Assembly: GCA_963722765.1 (NCBI GenBank)
Contig: CAVROO010000014.1
Coordinates: 450,976-514,975, forward strand
DNA: 64,000 nt
Direction of reading: 5' to 3'
Source of the DNA: an uncultured Acidobacteriota bacterium
Lineage (GTDB): Bacteria > Acidobacteriota > Vicinamibacteria > Marinacidobacterales > DATDRI01
Shown: positions 10,322 to 19,921 of the stretch, in pieces
Numbering within the stretch: position 1 is the first letter of the stretch
Layout: every line of letters starts with the position of its first letter
Notes under the pieces: model-generated
Seen by the model: only the letters and a program-made list of their open reading frames with translations
Told to the model about the DNA's origin: nothing
The model's database searches: none
Translations under genes and position numbers: made by a program

Positions 10322-11450
10322 TTACCGCGACGGCTGTTCTGAATTCCGAATCGAGACCGTCGTCCGTGGGCCGAGGTCGAATGCGCCCTCAACTGCGACC
10401 AGCAGTCCCTCCTGCAAGCCATCGCCTTCGATTTCCCGCAACGCTCCTTCGCGGACGCCCACGGTCACAGGTCGTTTGACGGCCACGTTGCCCTCGACGA
10501 TGGCGATGCTCGGGCCATCCGGGTCGGGCAGCACACTGTCAACAGGCACCGCCAGACGGTCTTGTCTGGTGTTCGACCAGGATCCGCGCCGTCACCAATT
10601 GGCCGGGGCGCAGACCCGACGTTCGGGGCACGGACACGCGCACCACGACCGCGTCGGTCGTCCGATCGACCAGTGTGCCTACGTACACAACCGTACTCGA
10701 CACCGTCGCCGGGATTCCACGAAGAGTGCCGTCCCCGGTCCCGGCTTCGGTAACCAGATCCGCGGTCTGTCCAACCTTGACACGCCCGACATCGGCACTT
10801 CGAATGCCGGCGGAAACGACCAGGCGCCGGAGATCCATGATCTCGGCGAGCACGCGGGCCGGCTCGACCGCGTCGCCCAGTCGTGCGTTGAGGAGCACGA
10901 TTGTGCCGGCAATCGGCGCGCGGACCGTCAGCAGCGACTGTTCGCGCTCTGCGAGCGCCAGCGCGTCGTGTGCCACCTGGACTTGTTGTTGCGCCTCCTC
11001 GTACGCCTTCCGCGAGGTGACTTCTCCCGGCCGCAGTCGTTCCTGGCGGGCCAGTTGCTGCTCGGCGAACCGCAAGGCCGCTCGTGCGCGGTCCACGGCG
11101 ACATCCGCCAAGCGAGCGTCGAGGCGGAACAGCACCGCGCCACGGTCGACTCGCTGGCCTTCGCCTGCCAACACGGTGGCGAGCAGTCCGGCGACGGGCG
11201 ACGCGACCTGCGCGCTGGCCGGCGGATGACCGTCCATGGCCGGCTCGGGCTCCACGTAGCCCCAACCGGTCACAATCTCGTGGAAGGTGGCCTTTACGAT
11301 CGGCGCCACACTCACACTGACCACGGGCTCGTTGTTCTCGTATGTTTCCGAGCCGACGGGGGCTTCACCGATCCGCATGATGATCGCCGCTAGACCAGCG
11401 ACGAGGAAGACAGCGGCGGCGGTAAAAAGGATGGGACGGTATCGCATCAT
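10322..11450 (-). CDS. efflux RND periplasmic adaptor (membrane fusion protein); 1 frame disruption
   Basis: Starts MMRYRPILFTAAAVFLVAGLAAI (11450), with a coiled-coil hairpin region and beta-barrel segments. The C-terminal 75 aa (10322..10549) lie in another frame, with the shift at about 10560. Confidence 0.8.
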
Positions 11451-11638
11451 CGTCTCGCGCCGTTCGGATTCGGCTGGGAGGGAAGGAAGAGGGCGGCCGC
11501 CAGCTCCGGGGTGTCCAGACGACGCGCCTCGTGCGCGCTCTGGGTCGCAGGGGTGAGCGGACAAGGGGTGTTGTATACGCAGCCCAGCGCGGTGAGGAAG
11601 AGCCCGAGGGCGAGTGCCCGTTCAACCCAGGAAGTCAT
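11447..11638 (-). CDS. possible small lipoprotein upstream of the RND operon
   Basis: A 63-aa ORF with MTSWVERALALGLFLTALGC (signal plus Cys). It ends where the adaptor gene starts. No family recognised, and it could be spurious. Confidence 0.2.
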   Translation of the reverse strand: MTSWVERALALGLFLTALGCVYNTPCPLTPATQSAHEARRLDTPELAAALFLPSQPNPNGARR

Positions 11639-11764
11639 CGATCGATCGCTTGCGGCGCGTTACGGTCACGATCGCCGCCTTCTAGAGCCCGGCGAGGGTG
11701 AAGCCGAGCAGTTGCCTCAATGGACAACATCCGGTGCTTTCTGCGGAACTAAACACCCGCTATT

Positions 11765-12334
11765 CTATGGCTGGTTTCTGAAAGAGGCAAAGTCGATCGG
11801 CACTGGACATCGACGCTTCCGCCGGGCCACATCTGCGAGCGTCGTCGCGATGAAGGCGGCGACACCGCAGCCGAAGCCGATGAAGATCGGATCGCGAAAC
11901 CAGGGTTCCTCTAACTCTAATCCGACAATAAACTCAGGGTAAATTTCAGGAAAAACGGGGACAGGTCCCTTTTTGGCAAAGACAACGTTCCACCAAAAAC
12001 GGACCTGTCCCTGTTTTTCCAGTAATTTGCGTAGATTTCGTGAGCTCGGATTAGGGTTCGCCCTGAAGCGAACACGAGCCAACAAAGCCATTGCGTAAAG
12101 ACACATTAGAACTGCTTCATATATGAGTGAATCACAGACCCCCTTCCCAACAATAGCCGCCACTATCATGGCTTTTGTTGCGTCTGCCAAAGCTGATTCG
12201 CTTATTTATTGTCGCTTCAGGGCTAAGTATGCCGGGTAACCTGGGATCGAGCGGAGGGTTCGATACGCTAGAAGAACATTTGTAATTATGTCAGGATGGT
12301 TATCTATTGAAGCCTGGTCATCCACTTGATCCAT
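11765..12334 (-). pseudogene. possible 86-aa membrane-protein ORF split by MITE copy 1
   Basis: Removing 11915..12226 (the MITE plus one CTAA) joins ATG 12334 MDQVDDQASIDNHPDIITNVLLAYRTLRSIPGYPAYL in frame to EEPWFRDPIFIGFGCGVAAFIATTLADVARRKRRCPVPIDFASFRNQP-stop (11765). Confidence 0.3.
11915..12222 (+). mobile_element. MITE copy 1 (308 bp, imperfect 17-bp TIRs, CTAA target duplication)
   Basis: The left end is CTCTAATCCGACAATAA. The right end TTATTGTCGCTTCAGGG reverse-complements to CCCTGAAGCGACAATAA. CTAA lies at 11911-11914 and 12223-12226. An internal 19-bp-arm hairpin spans 11958..12011. Confidence 0.75.
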
Positions 12335-12387
12335 AGTCGTTACTAGGATATCAAGAGCGGTTCGTTCATATTCAAGCGGCACTATTA

Positions 12388-13548
12388 ATGAGTAGCGAAT
12401 CTAAGCACCATTCCACCTCAGAAATGCAACCCTTCCTCCGGGTCCTCACCGTGCTGGGCCTCCTCTTCGTATTTCTTATGGGAGTCAAAGGGCTGGGCGA
12501 CGGCTTCAAGATGCTGGGACGGGATGTATTGGAGTCTTTTTTTGCGGCGACTTCGAATCCCTTCATTGGTCTCATTGTCGGCATTCTGACCACGAGCATC
12601 ATTCAGAGCTCCTCCGTCACGACGTCGATGATCGTGGGCCTCGTGGCCGCGCCAGAGAACCCTCTTCCCTTGGCAAACGCCGTACCTATGGTCATGGGTG
12701 CCAATATCGGAACCACGGTGACTGCTAGCATCGTATCCTTGGCGCATATGGGACGGAAGGCCGAGTTTCGCCGGGCCTTTGCCGTGGCTAACTGCCATGA
12801 TTTCTTCAACTACCTCAGCGTATTGATTTTGCTGCCGTTAGAGCTGGCCACTGGATACTTGAGGAAGACGGCGGGCTTTTTCGCACAACTACTGCAGAGT
12901 GCAGAGGGTTATCAGTACGAGAGTCCACTCAAAGGCGCACTTACCGCCGGCCTCAGTCCTTTCAAAGCGCTTAGTAAATGGATTTTTTCGGCCGAACAAG
13001 TACAGGGCGTGTTTCTGATTGCCGTCAGTGGCGCATTTGTGTTTTTCTCTCTGTTTTTCCTGGTCAAGGTCATGCGCTCGGCTATGCGGGTCAGGGTTGA
13101 AAAGTCTCTCACAAACGTCCTCGGATCGAGTGTCCTCTTGTCTATGGCCGTGGGCACGATCGCTACGATGATGGTACAGTCGAGCTCCATCACGACGTCA
13201 CTACTCGTTCCCTTGGCAGGTGCCGGCATCATTACGTTGGAGCAGGCTTTCCCCGTCACGCTGGGGGCCAACATTGGAACCACTGTTACGGCTCTTTTGG
13301 CGTCTCTTGCGGTGACGGGTCCAAACGCAATACTTGGCATTCAAATCGCTTTGATACATTTCTTTTTCAATCTTAGCGGAACGCTCCTTATCTATCCGGT
13401 CGAACGGATTCGCAACATACCGCTCGCGGCCGCCCGCTGGGTGTCGGATTGGGCGGTGAGGTCGCGCAAAATCGCCATACTTCGCATTGTTATGATGTAT
13501 TTCGTTATTCCTGGAGCTTTGGTTATTTTGTACAATCTATTCCAATAA
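12388..13548 (+). CDS. Na/Pi cotransporter family protein (NptA/YjbB-like)
   Basis: A 386-aa polytopic ORF with the duplicated 'GANIGTTVTA' signature and QSSS(V/I)TTS segments of the Na_Pi_cotrans family. Confidence 0.85.
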   Translation: MSSESKHHSTSEMQPFLRVLTVLGLLFVFLMGVKGLGDGFKMLGRDVLESFFAATSNPFIGLIVGILTTSIIQSSSVTTSMIVGLVAAPENPLPLANAVPMVMGANIGTTVTASIVSLAHMGRKAEFRRAFAVANCHDFFNYLSVLILLPLELATGYLRKTAGFFAQLLQSAEGYQYESPLKGALTAGLSPFKALSKWIFSAEQVQGVFLIAVSGAFVFFSLFFLVKVMRSAMRVRVEKSLTNVLGSSVLLSMAVGTIATMMVQSSSITTSLLVPLAGAGIITLEQAFPVTLGANIGTTVTALLASLAVTGPNAILGIQIALIHFFFNLSGTLLIYPVERIRNIPLAAARWVSDWAVRSRKIAILRIVMMYFVIPGALVILYNLFQ

Positions 13549-13561
13549 AAGGGAGAACGTC

Positions 13562-14275
13562 ATGCTCCGCGAGCTACTTGCCTTCCTACGTTCGAGTGAC
13601 CCGCTCCGTGCCATGCGCGACAATTTCACCAGGATGCTTAGAGTTGCCAATGACATGATCGTGACGGCGGGTGACATCTACTTCGGCGAGAGAACATCCC
13701 CCGCGGAACGTACGCGGATCTATGAACAGGATCAAGAAGTCAATCAACTAGAGCGCACGATACGGAAGCAAGTGGTGGCTCACCTGTCATTCAAAGGGAA
13801 TCTACCCGATATGCCTTACTGCCTGCTCCTGATGAGCTTGGTCAAAGACGTGGAACGATTGGGCGACTACGCCAAGAACCTCTCAGAGGTCATGGATATC
13901 TCGGGTGACCCGATACCCGATGATGAGATCCGTCAAGAGATTCTCGAGATCCGGCACGGAGTAGAAGAGGCGTTTCAATCATCTCACGAAGTCATTTCCA
14001 AGGTTGATGAAGAAAGAGCGCTCAATTTCATCCGGCAAGGCCGCGATATCGCCCATCGTTGCGACGCTCTTCTGCAGAGGATAGCAACTGGGAGCTGTGA
14101 GGCGGGAATCATCGTCGCACAAGTCCTCGGCGCTCGTTACTACAAGCGCATTGGAGGGCACGTATTGAACATTCTTTCCAGCGTCGTTATGCCGCTGCAC
14201 AAGGTAGACTACTACGACGAAGACGAGATCGAAGGGGATCCGTCCGAGGAAGCAGTAGAAAAGAAGGATTCCTGA
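13562..14275 (+). CDS. PhoU-domain protein
   Basis: 237 aa. The motif 'VKDVERLGDYAKNLSEV' resembles the PhoU E(R)xGDxAxNI motif. It lies 13 nt downstream of the Na/Pi transporter gene. Confidence 0.65.
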   Translation: MLRELLAFLRSSDPLRAMRDNFTRMLRVANDMIVTAGDIYFGERTSPAERTRIYEQDQEVNQLERTIRKQVVAHLSFKGNLPDMPYCLLLMSLVKDVERLGDYAKNLSEVMDISGDPIPDDEIRQEILEIRHGVEEAFQSSHEVISKVDEERALNFIRQGRDIAHRCDALLQRIATGSCEAGIIVAQVLGARYYKRIGGHVLNILSSVVMPLHKVDYYDEDEIEGDPSEEAVEKKDS

Positions 14276-14442
14276 GGCCGACGGTCCACAGCCTCCTTTC
14301 ACTTTGTTCAACTGAACGACTTAAGAGACAGTCGTCACCCCCGACAACAGCTTTTCTACCACGTGTACGCAACCATCTTGATCGACGGGGTCCAATAGAA
14401 GCAATCAACTCTCTGTACTAGAATGACTGGCGTGAATCCATA

Positions 14443-16146
14443 GTGAGGTTAGATATGCGCAATTTTTTTGCGATCATAGCTCTGATTGGTAGCATCGTTA
14501 TCCTTTCTTGTACGCCCTCGGAACGTTCGGAACCGGGCTCGGTGACTCTGAGCGTCGTCAATGCCAAAATTTGGACGGGAGACGAATCGCAACTCTGGGC
14601 GGAGGCCCTCGCGGCAAAGGGCGAGCAGATCGTGGCGGTCGGCTCGAACAGTGAAATCAAAGCGCTGGGTGAGGCGGAGCGGGTGGTCGACGCCGGGGGG
14701 CGGTTGTTGGTCCCCGGGTTCATCGATTCCCACGTTCATTTCATCTCCGGCGGTTTTGGACTGTCTTCCGTGCAGCTTCGAGATGCGAAGACACCGGAAG
14801 AGTTTGCGTCTCGCCTCGGAGATTTCGCCGCCACGGTCCCGGCCGGAACCTGGATCACGGGAGGTGACTGGGATCATGAGTTATGGGGAGGTGAGCTTCC
14901 GCGTCGGGATTGGATCGATGAAGTAACGCCGGACCACCCGGTTTTTGTAAGCCGACTGGATGGTCACATGGCGCTTGCCAACAGTGCTGCGATGCGCGCC
15001 GCCGGCTTGGACCACACGGTCGATGATGTTTCCGGTGGAACTATCGTACGGAACGAGGCCGGTGAACCGACGGGCATCTTCAAGGACAACGCCATGGGTC
15101 TCATCGCATCCGCCATCCCAGATCCTTCGTTGGAGCTCAAGGATCGGGCTCTCGCCGCCGCCATGCAATACGTCAATCAGCAGGGTGTGACCTCTGTCCA
15201 TCACGTGGGGAGTTGGGACCACCTGGACACGTTTACCCGCGGTTGGAAGGCGGGCCTCCTCACAACGAGGGTTTATGCCGCCGTACCGCTCGATAGCTGG
15301 GAGCGTTTGCGCGACACCATCGCTGCTGGAACGTACGGTCCCGAAGGCCGAGGTGACGACTGGCTTCGTATCGGCGGCCTCAAGGGATTCGTGGACGGTT
15401 CCATTGGCTCGCACACGGCGGCGTTTCACGAGCCCTTTACCGATGCGCCCGAAGACACGGGTCTCTACGTCAACACGCCGGAAGATCTCTACGAATGGAC
15501 GTCCAAGGCGGACAAAGCCGGAATGCAAATCATCATCCATGCCATTGGAGATCGGGCCAACAACATGCTCCTCGACATCTACGAGCGCGTCTCCAAGGAG
15601 AATGGCGATCGGGACCGCCGTTTTCGAATCGAGCACGCCCAGCATCTTGCGCCTTCCGACATCGCCCGGTTTGGCGCTCTCGATGTCATTCCCAGCATGC
15701 AGCCTTACCATGCCATCGACGACGGCCGGTGGGTGGAAAAAGTCATCGGACCGGAGCGCGTCAAGGGAACGTACGCGTTTCGGTCTCTTTTGGACGCGAA
15801 AGCGAAACTCGCGTTTGGAAGCGATTGGTCGGTGGCTCCCCCGACACCCCTCGAAGGCATCTACGGGGCCGTAACGCGGCGGACGCTCGATGGCAAGAAT
15901 CCCGATGGATGGGTGCCGGAACAAAAGATTACGGTGGAAGAAGCCCTGCGTGCTTATACCCAAACGGCGGCCTATGCTTCTTTTGAAGAAGATCGAAAAG
16001 GTATGCTCACCGTCGGACGCCTCGCCGACTTCGTCCTTCTCTCCCAGGATTTGTTCTCCATTCCGCCCGAAGAGATTCGCGATGTTGATGTCGAGTTGAC
16101 GGTAGTCGGCGGCAAGGTGGTTTACGAGCGTGGAGAAACGAACTGA
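14443..16146 (+). CDS. amidohydrolase family protein (Amidohydro_3/YtcJ-like metal-dependent hydrolase), lipoprotein-like signal
   Basis: 567 aa. It carries the signal 'IALIGSIVILSC', the metal-binding motif 'LLVPGFIDSHVHF', and later 'IIIHAIGD' and 'RIEHAQH'. Confidence 0.85.
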   Translation: MRLDMRNFFAIIALIGSIVILSCTPSERSEPGSVTLSVVNAKIWTGDESQLWAEALAAKGEQIVAVGSNSEIKALGEAERVVDAGGRLLVPGFIDSHVHFISGGFGLSSVQLRDAKTPEEFASRLGDFAATVPAGTWITGGDWDHELWGGELPRRDWIDEVTPDHPVFVSRLDGHMALANSAAMRAAGLDHTVDDVSGGTIVRNEAGEPTGIFKDNAMGLIASAIPDPSLELKDRALAAAMQYVNQQGVTSVHHVGSWDHLDTFTRGWKAGLLTTRVYAAVPLDSWERLRDTIAAGTYGPEGRGDDWLRIGGLKGFVDGSIGSHTAAFHEPFTDAPEDTGLYVNTPEDLYEWTSKADKAGMQIIIHAIGDRANNMLLDIYERVSKENGDRDRRFRIEHAQHLAPSDIARFGALDVIPSMQPYHAIDDGRWVEKVIGPERVKGTYAFRSLLDAKAKLAFGSDWSVAPPTPLEGIYGAVTRRTLDGKNPDGWVPEQKITVEEALRAYTQTAAYASFEEDRKGMLTVGRLADFVLLSQDLFSIPPEEIRDVDVELTVVGGKVVYERGETN

Positions 16147-16295
16147 CAGGTTCCAAAGCTATATCCGAGGGCTACCTGAGATTGAAGGAGGCAACTCCGG
16201 AGAAACTGGCGCCCATCACAATTTGACAAAAGCCTATGGGCCAAAGGAAGATCAGCCCTGCGTGGATCCTATGATCATTCCAAGGGAGGGCTCAA

Positions 16296-17065
16296 ATGTA
16301 TTCATTCGCCTATCGATTCGCGATCCCTTTTCTAGGCCTGTGTGCCTTCGTTTTCGTCTCCTGTGGCGAACAACCCGCCCATGACGCTCAACCGGCGTCG
16401 GAACCGCAGGCGTCGGCGTTGACAGAGCCGATTGCCGAGCACATGGGGGAGCACTATGAGCAAGTTGACGCCGCGCAGAAGGCCCTGATACGCGGCAACC
16501 TCGAAGGTATCAGCGGGCCCGTCACTGGATGGCCGGCCACCAGTCGGTGGTCGGCGCTCCGGAAGGATGGGCACCCCATATTAAGGAGATGCGAGCGGCC
16601 GCGACAAATGCGGCGGAGGCTCAGGACTTGGCGGGAGCAGCGTCCGCCATCGCGGCGATGTCGAGAACCTGCGGTAAGTGTCACGAAACGGTAGATGCCA
16701 AGCCGCGTGTACCGGAACTGGGGACCAAGGGCCTCCCGCCTCCGGACGAAGTCGCTACGGTTCCTCATATGCTCCGACACTACTGGGCGGTACAGAAAAT
16801 GTGGATCGGCATCATCAATCCATCGGAAGATTCATGGAATGAAGGCGTGCAAGCCCTCGAGATTGCGCCGCTCGAACCGCAGAAGATGACGGACAACGCC
16901 GAGATGACGACAAACGTTGGAGAATGGGCTAAATCGGTCCACGGAATTGGCGCCGCATCGGCCCAGGCCAAGGACTGGGATACTCGTTCCGCGATTTACG
17001 GCCAACTGTTGACGACGTGCGCTCAGTGCCATCAAGAGCTGGGGCTCGAGATCAACTTGAACTGA
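16296..17065 (+). CDS. di-haem c-type cytochrome lipoprotein (class II / cytochrome c'-like C-terminus); 1 frame disruption
   Basis: The signal is 'FLGLCAFVFVSCGE'. Two CXXCH sites are present (CGKCH, and CAQCH near the C-terminus). ORFs 16296.. and 16529.. join with a shift at about 16515-16525 (GGGCCC run). Confidence 0.6.
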
Positions 17066-17074
17066 TTTTTCTTC

Positions 17075-19850
17075 TTAGTGGCTCGGCAGCAAGGCTTCGA
17101 TGCCGGCGCGGGTTTCTGCCGACCAGCCTGAAAAGGCGCGCACCACAAGCCCTTGCTCGTCCACTAGGATGGTTAGGGGAACGGTGATCTGTCCGGAGGC
17201 AAAAATCTTCGTCGTGTCTTCCTCATTCAGAATATAATTGCGGTAAGGAACGGACCGCTCTTTCAGATACTCTTGCACTGGTGCCGACTGGTCGAAGTCG
17301 AGGCTTATGCCCACGAGGTCAACGCCCGCTTGGGCGAGCGGTTCATGGAGTTGAGCGAGCTCCGGCATCTCCACCGCACAGGGCGCACACCAGGTGGCCC
17401 AGAAGTTGATGAGTGTTTGCCGGCCCGGCTCGAGGATCGATCGCAGGCTCACGGCCGAGGTCGCCGGAGTGGGCGTGAGGGTAAGCGCCGGCATCCTCTC
17501 ATTTGCGCTAAAAGCCAACGTACGGAAAATGCGATCGGATGTAGTTTCCGGTTCCGGAAGTTTAACGCCCTTTTCCGTAAGTCGTTCAATCTTGCCTTGG
17601 CCTTCTATTAAATGAATGCTCTCGCCGGGGCCTGCGGCTTCAACGGTCTCCACGATCCCGGAAGGCCACGTGACCTCCAAAGCGTATCGTTTTTGCCAGG
17701 CGTCACTTGGACCCAGACCGAAGAGGAGTCTAGGGTCGCTTGCCGACAAGAAGCCACTGCCACCGAGCTTGATTTTAGTTTGTGTCCCAAGGGGTGATTT
17801 CAAACGGACCACGGTGCCGAAGGCGTCCCGACCGGAACGGGTTCCGGTAAGGCCCACGCGAATGAAGCCGTTATCTTGACCGACGTTGTTCTTGAAGAGA
17901 AGGCGGGCCAGCTCTTGCACGGGTGTGATGACGACGTCGGCGTCCCCGTCGTTATCGAAGTCCGCAAACGAACAACCTCGGCCGTCGGTAATCGAATCCA
18001 GTCCTGAGACTCCGGATACCTCGAAGTAGATTCCATCGCCGCGGCTCATGAAGAGGCCGTTCCGCTCGTATCCACTGAAGGACATTCCTTTTTCGAAGAT
18101 CTCCGACATGTGGTGATCTTGATAACCGGAGTTTCCCGCTTCTTCAAGAATGGCCGCCGACGCCACGACGTGGCGCCAAAATAGGCTTCACGTGTCCTTC
18201 ATCGTTTTGCCGGAAACGAAACCGTTGACGGAATACTCGTCCTCCCACCCATCATTGTCGAAATCGAAAAAGCCGCCGCCGAAGGCCCACCCGGCGGACA
18301 AACCTCCCGCCCTTTGTGCCACGTTACGAAAGGTGCCATCGCCCAGGTTCTCGAAAATGGAGTTGCCTGCTGCCAGTTTCTTGAGAACGGCACTATCCGC
18401 CGACGCGCCAGGCATCAAGCGGGCCAGGATTCGATTCCCTGCCGTCGAGGACATGTTGGTAACGTGAATGTCGAGGTCACCATCGTTGTCGAAGTCGCCG
18501 TAGGAAACGCCCATGCCGTTTCCCGGATCGATGACGCCTCGCTCGCGTGCCTCATCTCGAAAACGGTCCCCTTGGTTGATGTAGAGGGCGTTTTCTCCGA
18601 AATCGTTGGCCACGTAGAGATCCTGAAGGCCGTCGCCGCTGACGTCTGCGAAAGCCGCGGCGTAGCTCCAGCGTCCGTCGTTGACGCCCCACTTCTTCGC
18701 TTCCTCGCGAAAGCGACCGTCACCTTGATTGATGAACAGCAAGTTGGGCGTGCCGTTATCCGCCTTGCCCCATGCGTTGGGCATGACACGGCCGTAGCGG
18801 TTGTAAGAGGCGACATAAATATCCGTCCAACCGTCTCGGTTCACATCGGCTGCAACCGCGCTGAAGCCGACGGCCGGCATCTCGACCCCGGCCGGACCGG
18901 AAACATCGATGAAACGAAGAACTCCCTTCGGGTCTCGATTGGTTTTGGAGAAGGATTTGGTTTCCCACCGCCGCCATGAAGATGTCTTGGTCCCCGTCGT
19001 TGTCGTAGTCGAGAAAAAGCGCGCCCGTTCCGGTCCGACTGTATCGAACCAAAGACTCGTCCGAGACATCTCGAAATCGTCCCGTTGCCTCGTTGAGGTA
19101 CAAGCGGCTACCTGTAACACCGCTGGTGAGAAGATCCAGAAGACCATCTTCGTTGACGTCGGCCACCGCTACACCGTGCGCCACGAAACCGTCGTTGGGT
19201 GGTTCCCCGAAGGGCGGAGCTTCTTCCCAAAGACCGGCCGGTGCCGTGATCTCCGAGAATAGGTCCTTCTCTGAGACCAACGAGGACAAGGACTCGATAT
19301 CCCAGTGAGTGATTTGCCAGGGCCCTTCGTTGATGTGTTGAGCTTGCGTTTGGATGGTTCCGCGCACCCATTCTCGTAGCCCGTCTTGATTTCTCCCGAC
19401 CAAAAAGACAAAGACTCGTGCCCGACCGCGAACCGGCCGGTTTGCTTCGAAATCGGCTTGCTTGACCTTGAGACGAAAGTCTTCGATGTCGGTAAAGTGA
19501 GAAAGGAAGCCTTGAAGACTCTGTCTGAATTCGTCTCGATGAATCCGACTTGGAGCTTTCGCTAGGTTCCAATCGCGTCGGCCGAGCCATTTCGTTTCAG
19601 GAACCAAAGGTTTCGGCTGGGATGGAAATGCCGTCCCTTCGATCTCGTCAGCGAAATATTTGGATACCTGTGAAAGGTCTTGACGCCGGAGTGCCACGGA
19701 CAGATCCAAAAGATCGTTGGCCAGCGACTCCGAGTGATCCTCCGCTTGCTCCAGTTTCGATCGGTCGAAGTTAAGTTGCTTTGATTCTTGCACTGTCCCG
19801 CCGGCTGAGATCAGCCCGAGCAGGATAGGAATGATTCCTACGTTATTCAT
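17075..19850 (-). CDS. CRTAC1/ASPIC-UnbV FG-GAP (VCBS) repeat protein fused to a C-terminal TlpA-like thioredoxin domain; 1 frameshift plus 1 in-frame TGA
   Basis: Three consecutive ORFs (19850..18756, 19147..18188, 18166..17075) carry repeated 'DxDxDGxxD' FG-GAP motifs (DYDNDGDQD, DFDNDGDLD, DFDNDGWED, DFDNDGDAD). They are followed by the UnbV_ASPIC segment 'RVGLTGTRSGRDAFGTVVRL...GGSGFLSASDPRLLFGLG' and the thioredoxin motif 'LINFWATWCAPC'. The shift is at about 18961-18970 and the TGA at 18190..18188. Confidence 0.75.
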
Positions 19851-19921
19851 TGAGCCTCACCGCGCAGGCTATTGTAGCTGTGTCTGGCGGTGAGTCCAAA
19901 AAGATCTGCGGCCGTCTACAC

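Noticed and set aside
7223-11393. Numerous long ORFs antisense to or overlapping the RND permease and adaptor genes (for example 10305..11393 +, 362 aa; 10465..11265 -, 266 aa; 8380..8880 +).
   Set aside because: They are Arg/Pro/Gly/Ala-rich low-complexity translations typical of shadow ORFs in GC-rich DNA, and they overlap genes with clear family signatures.
11765-12190. ORFs beginning MADATKAMIVAAI... (11765..12190, 20880..21680) and MAGATKAMIVAV... (6069..6326) looked like a repeated gene family.
   Set aside because: The shared part is simply the MITE translated end to end from a non-ATG start. It continues into unrelated flanking sequence in each copy, and copy 3 deletes most of it. No selection signal is discernible, so I treat it as non-coding repeat sequence.
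12388-14275. The Na/Pi cotransporter and PhoU domain encoded as two genes instead of one fused protein.
   Set aside because: Both fused and split arrangements are common. Both ORFs are intact with a 13-nt gap, so this is ordinary.
14881-15963. A 360-aa minus-strand ORF across the amidohydrolase gene, and similar antisense ORFs in the aminotransferase, M14, penicillin acylase and moeA regions.
   Set aside because: Same reasoning: no recognisable motifs, and each lies entirely within a well-supported gene on the other strand or frame.
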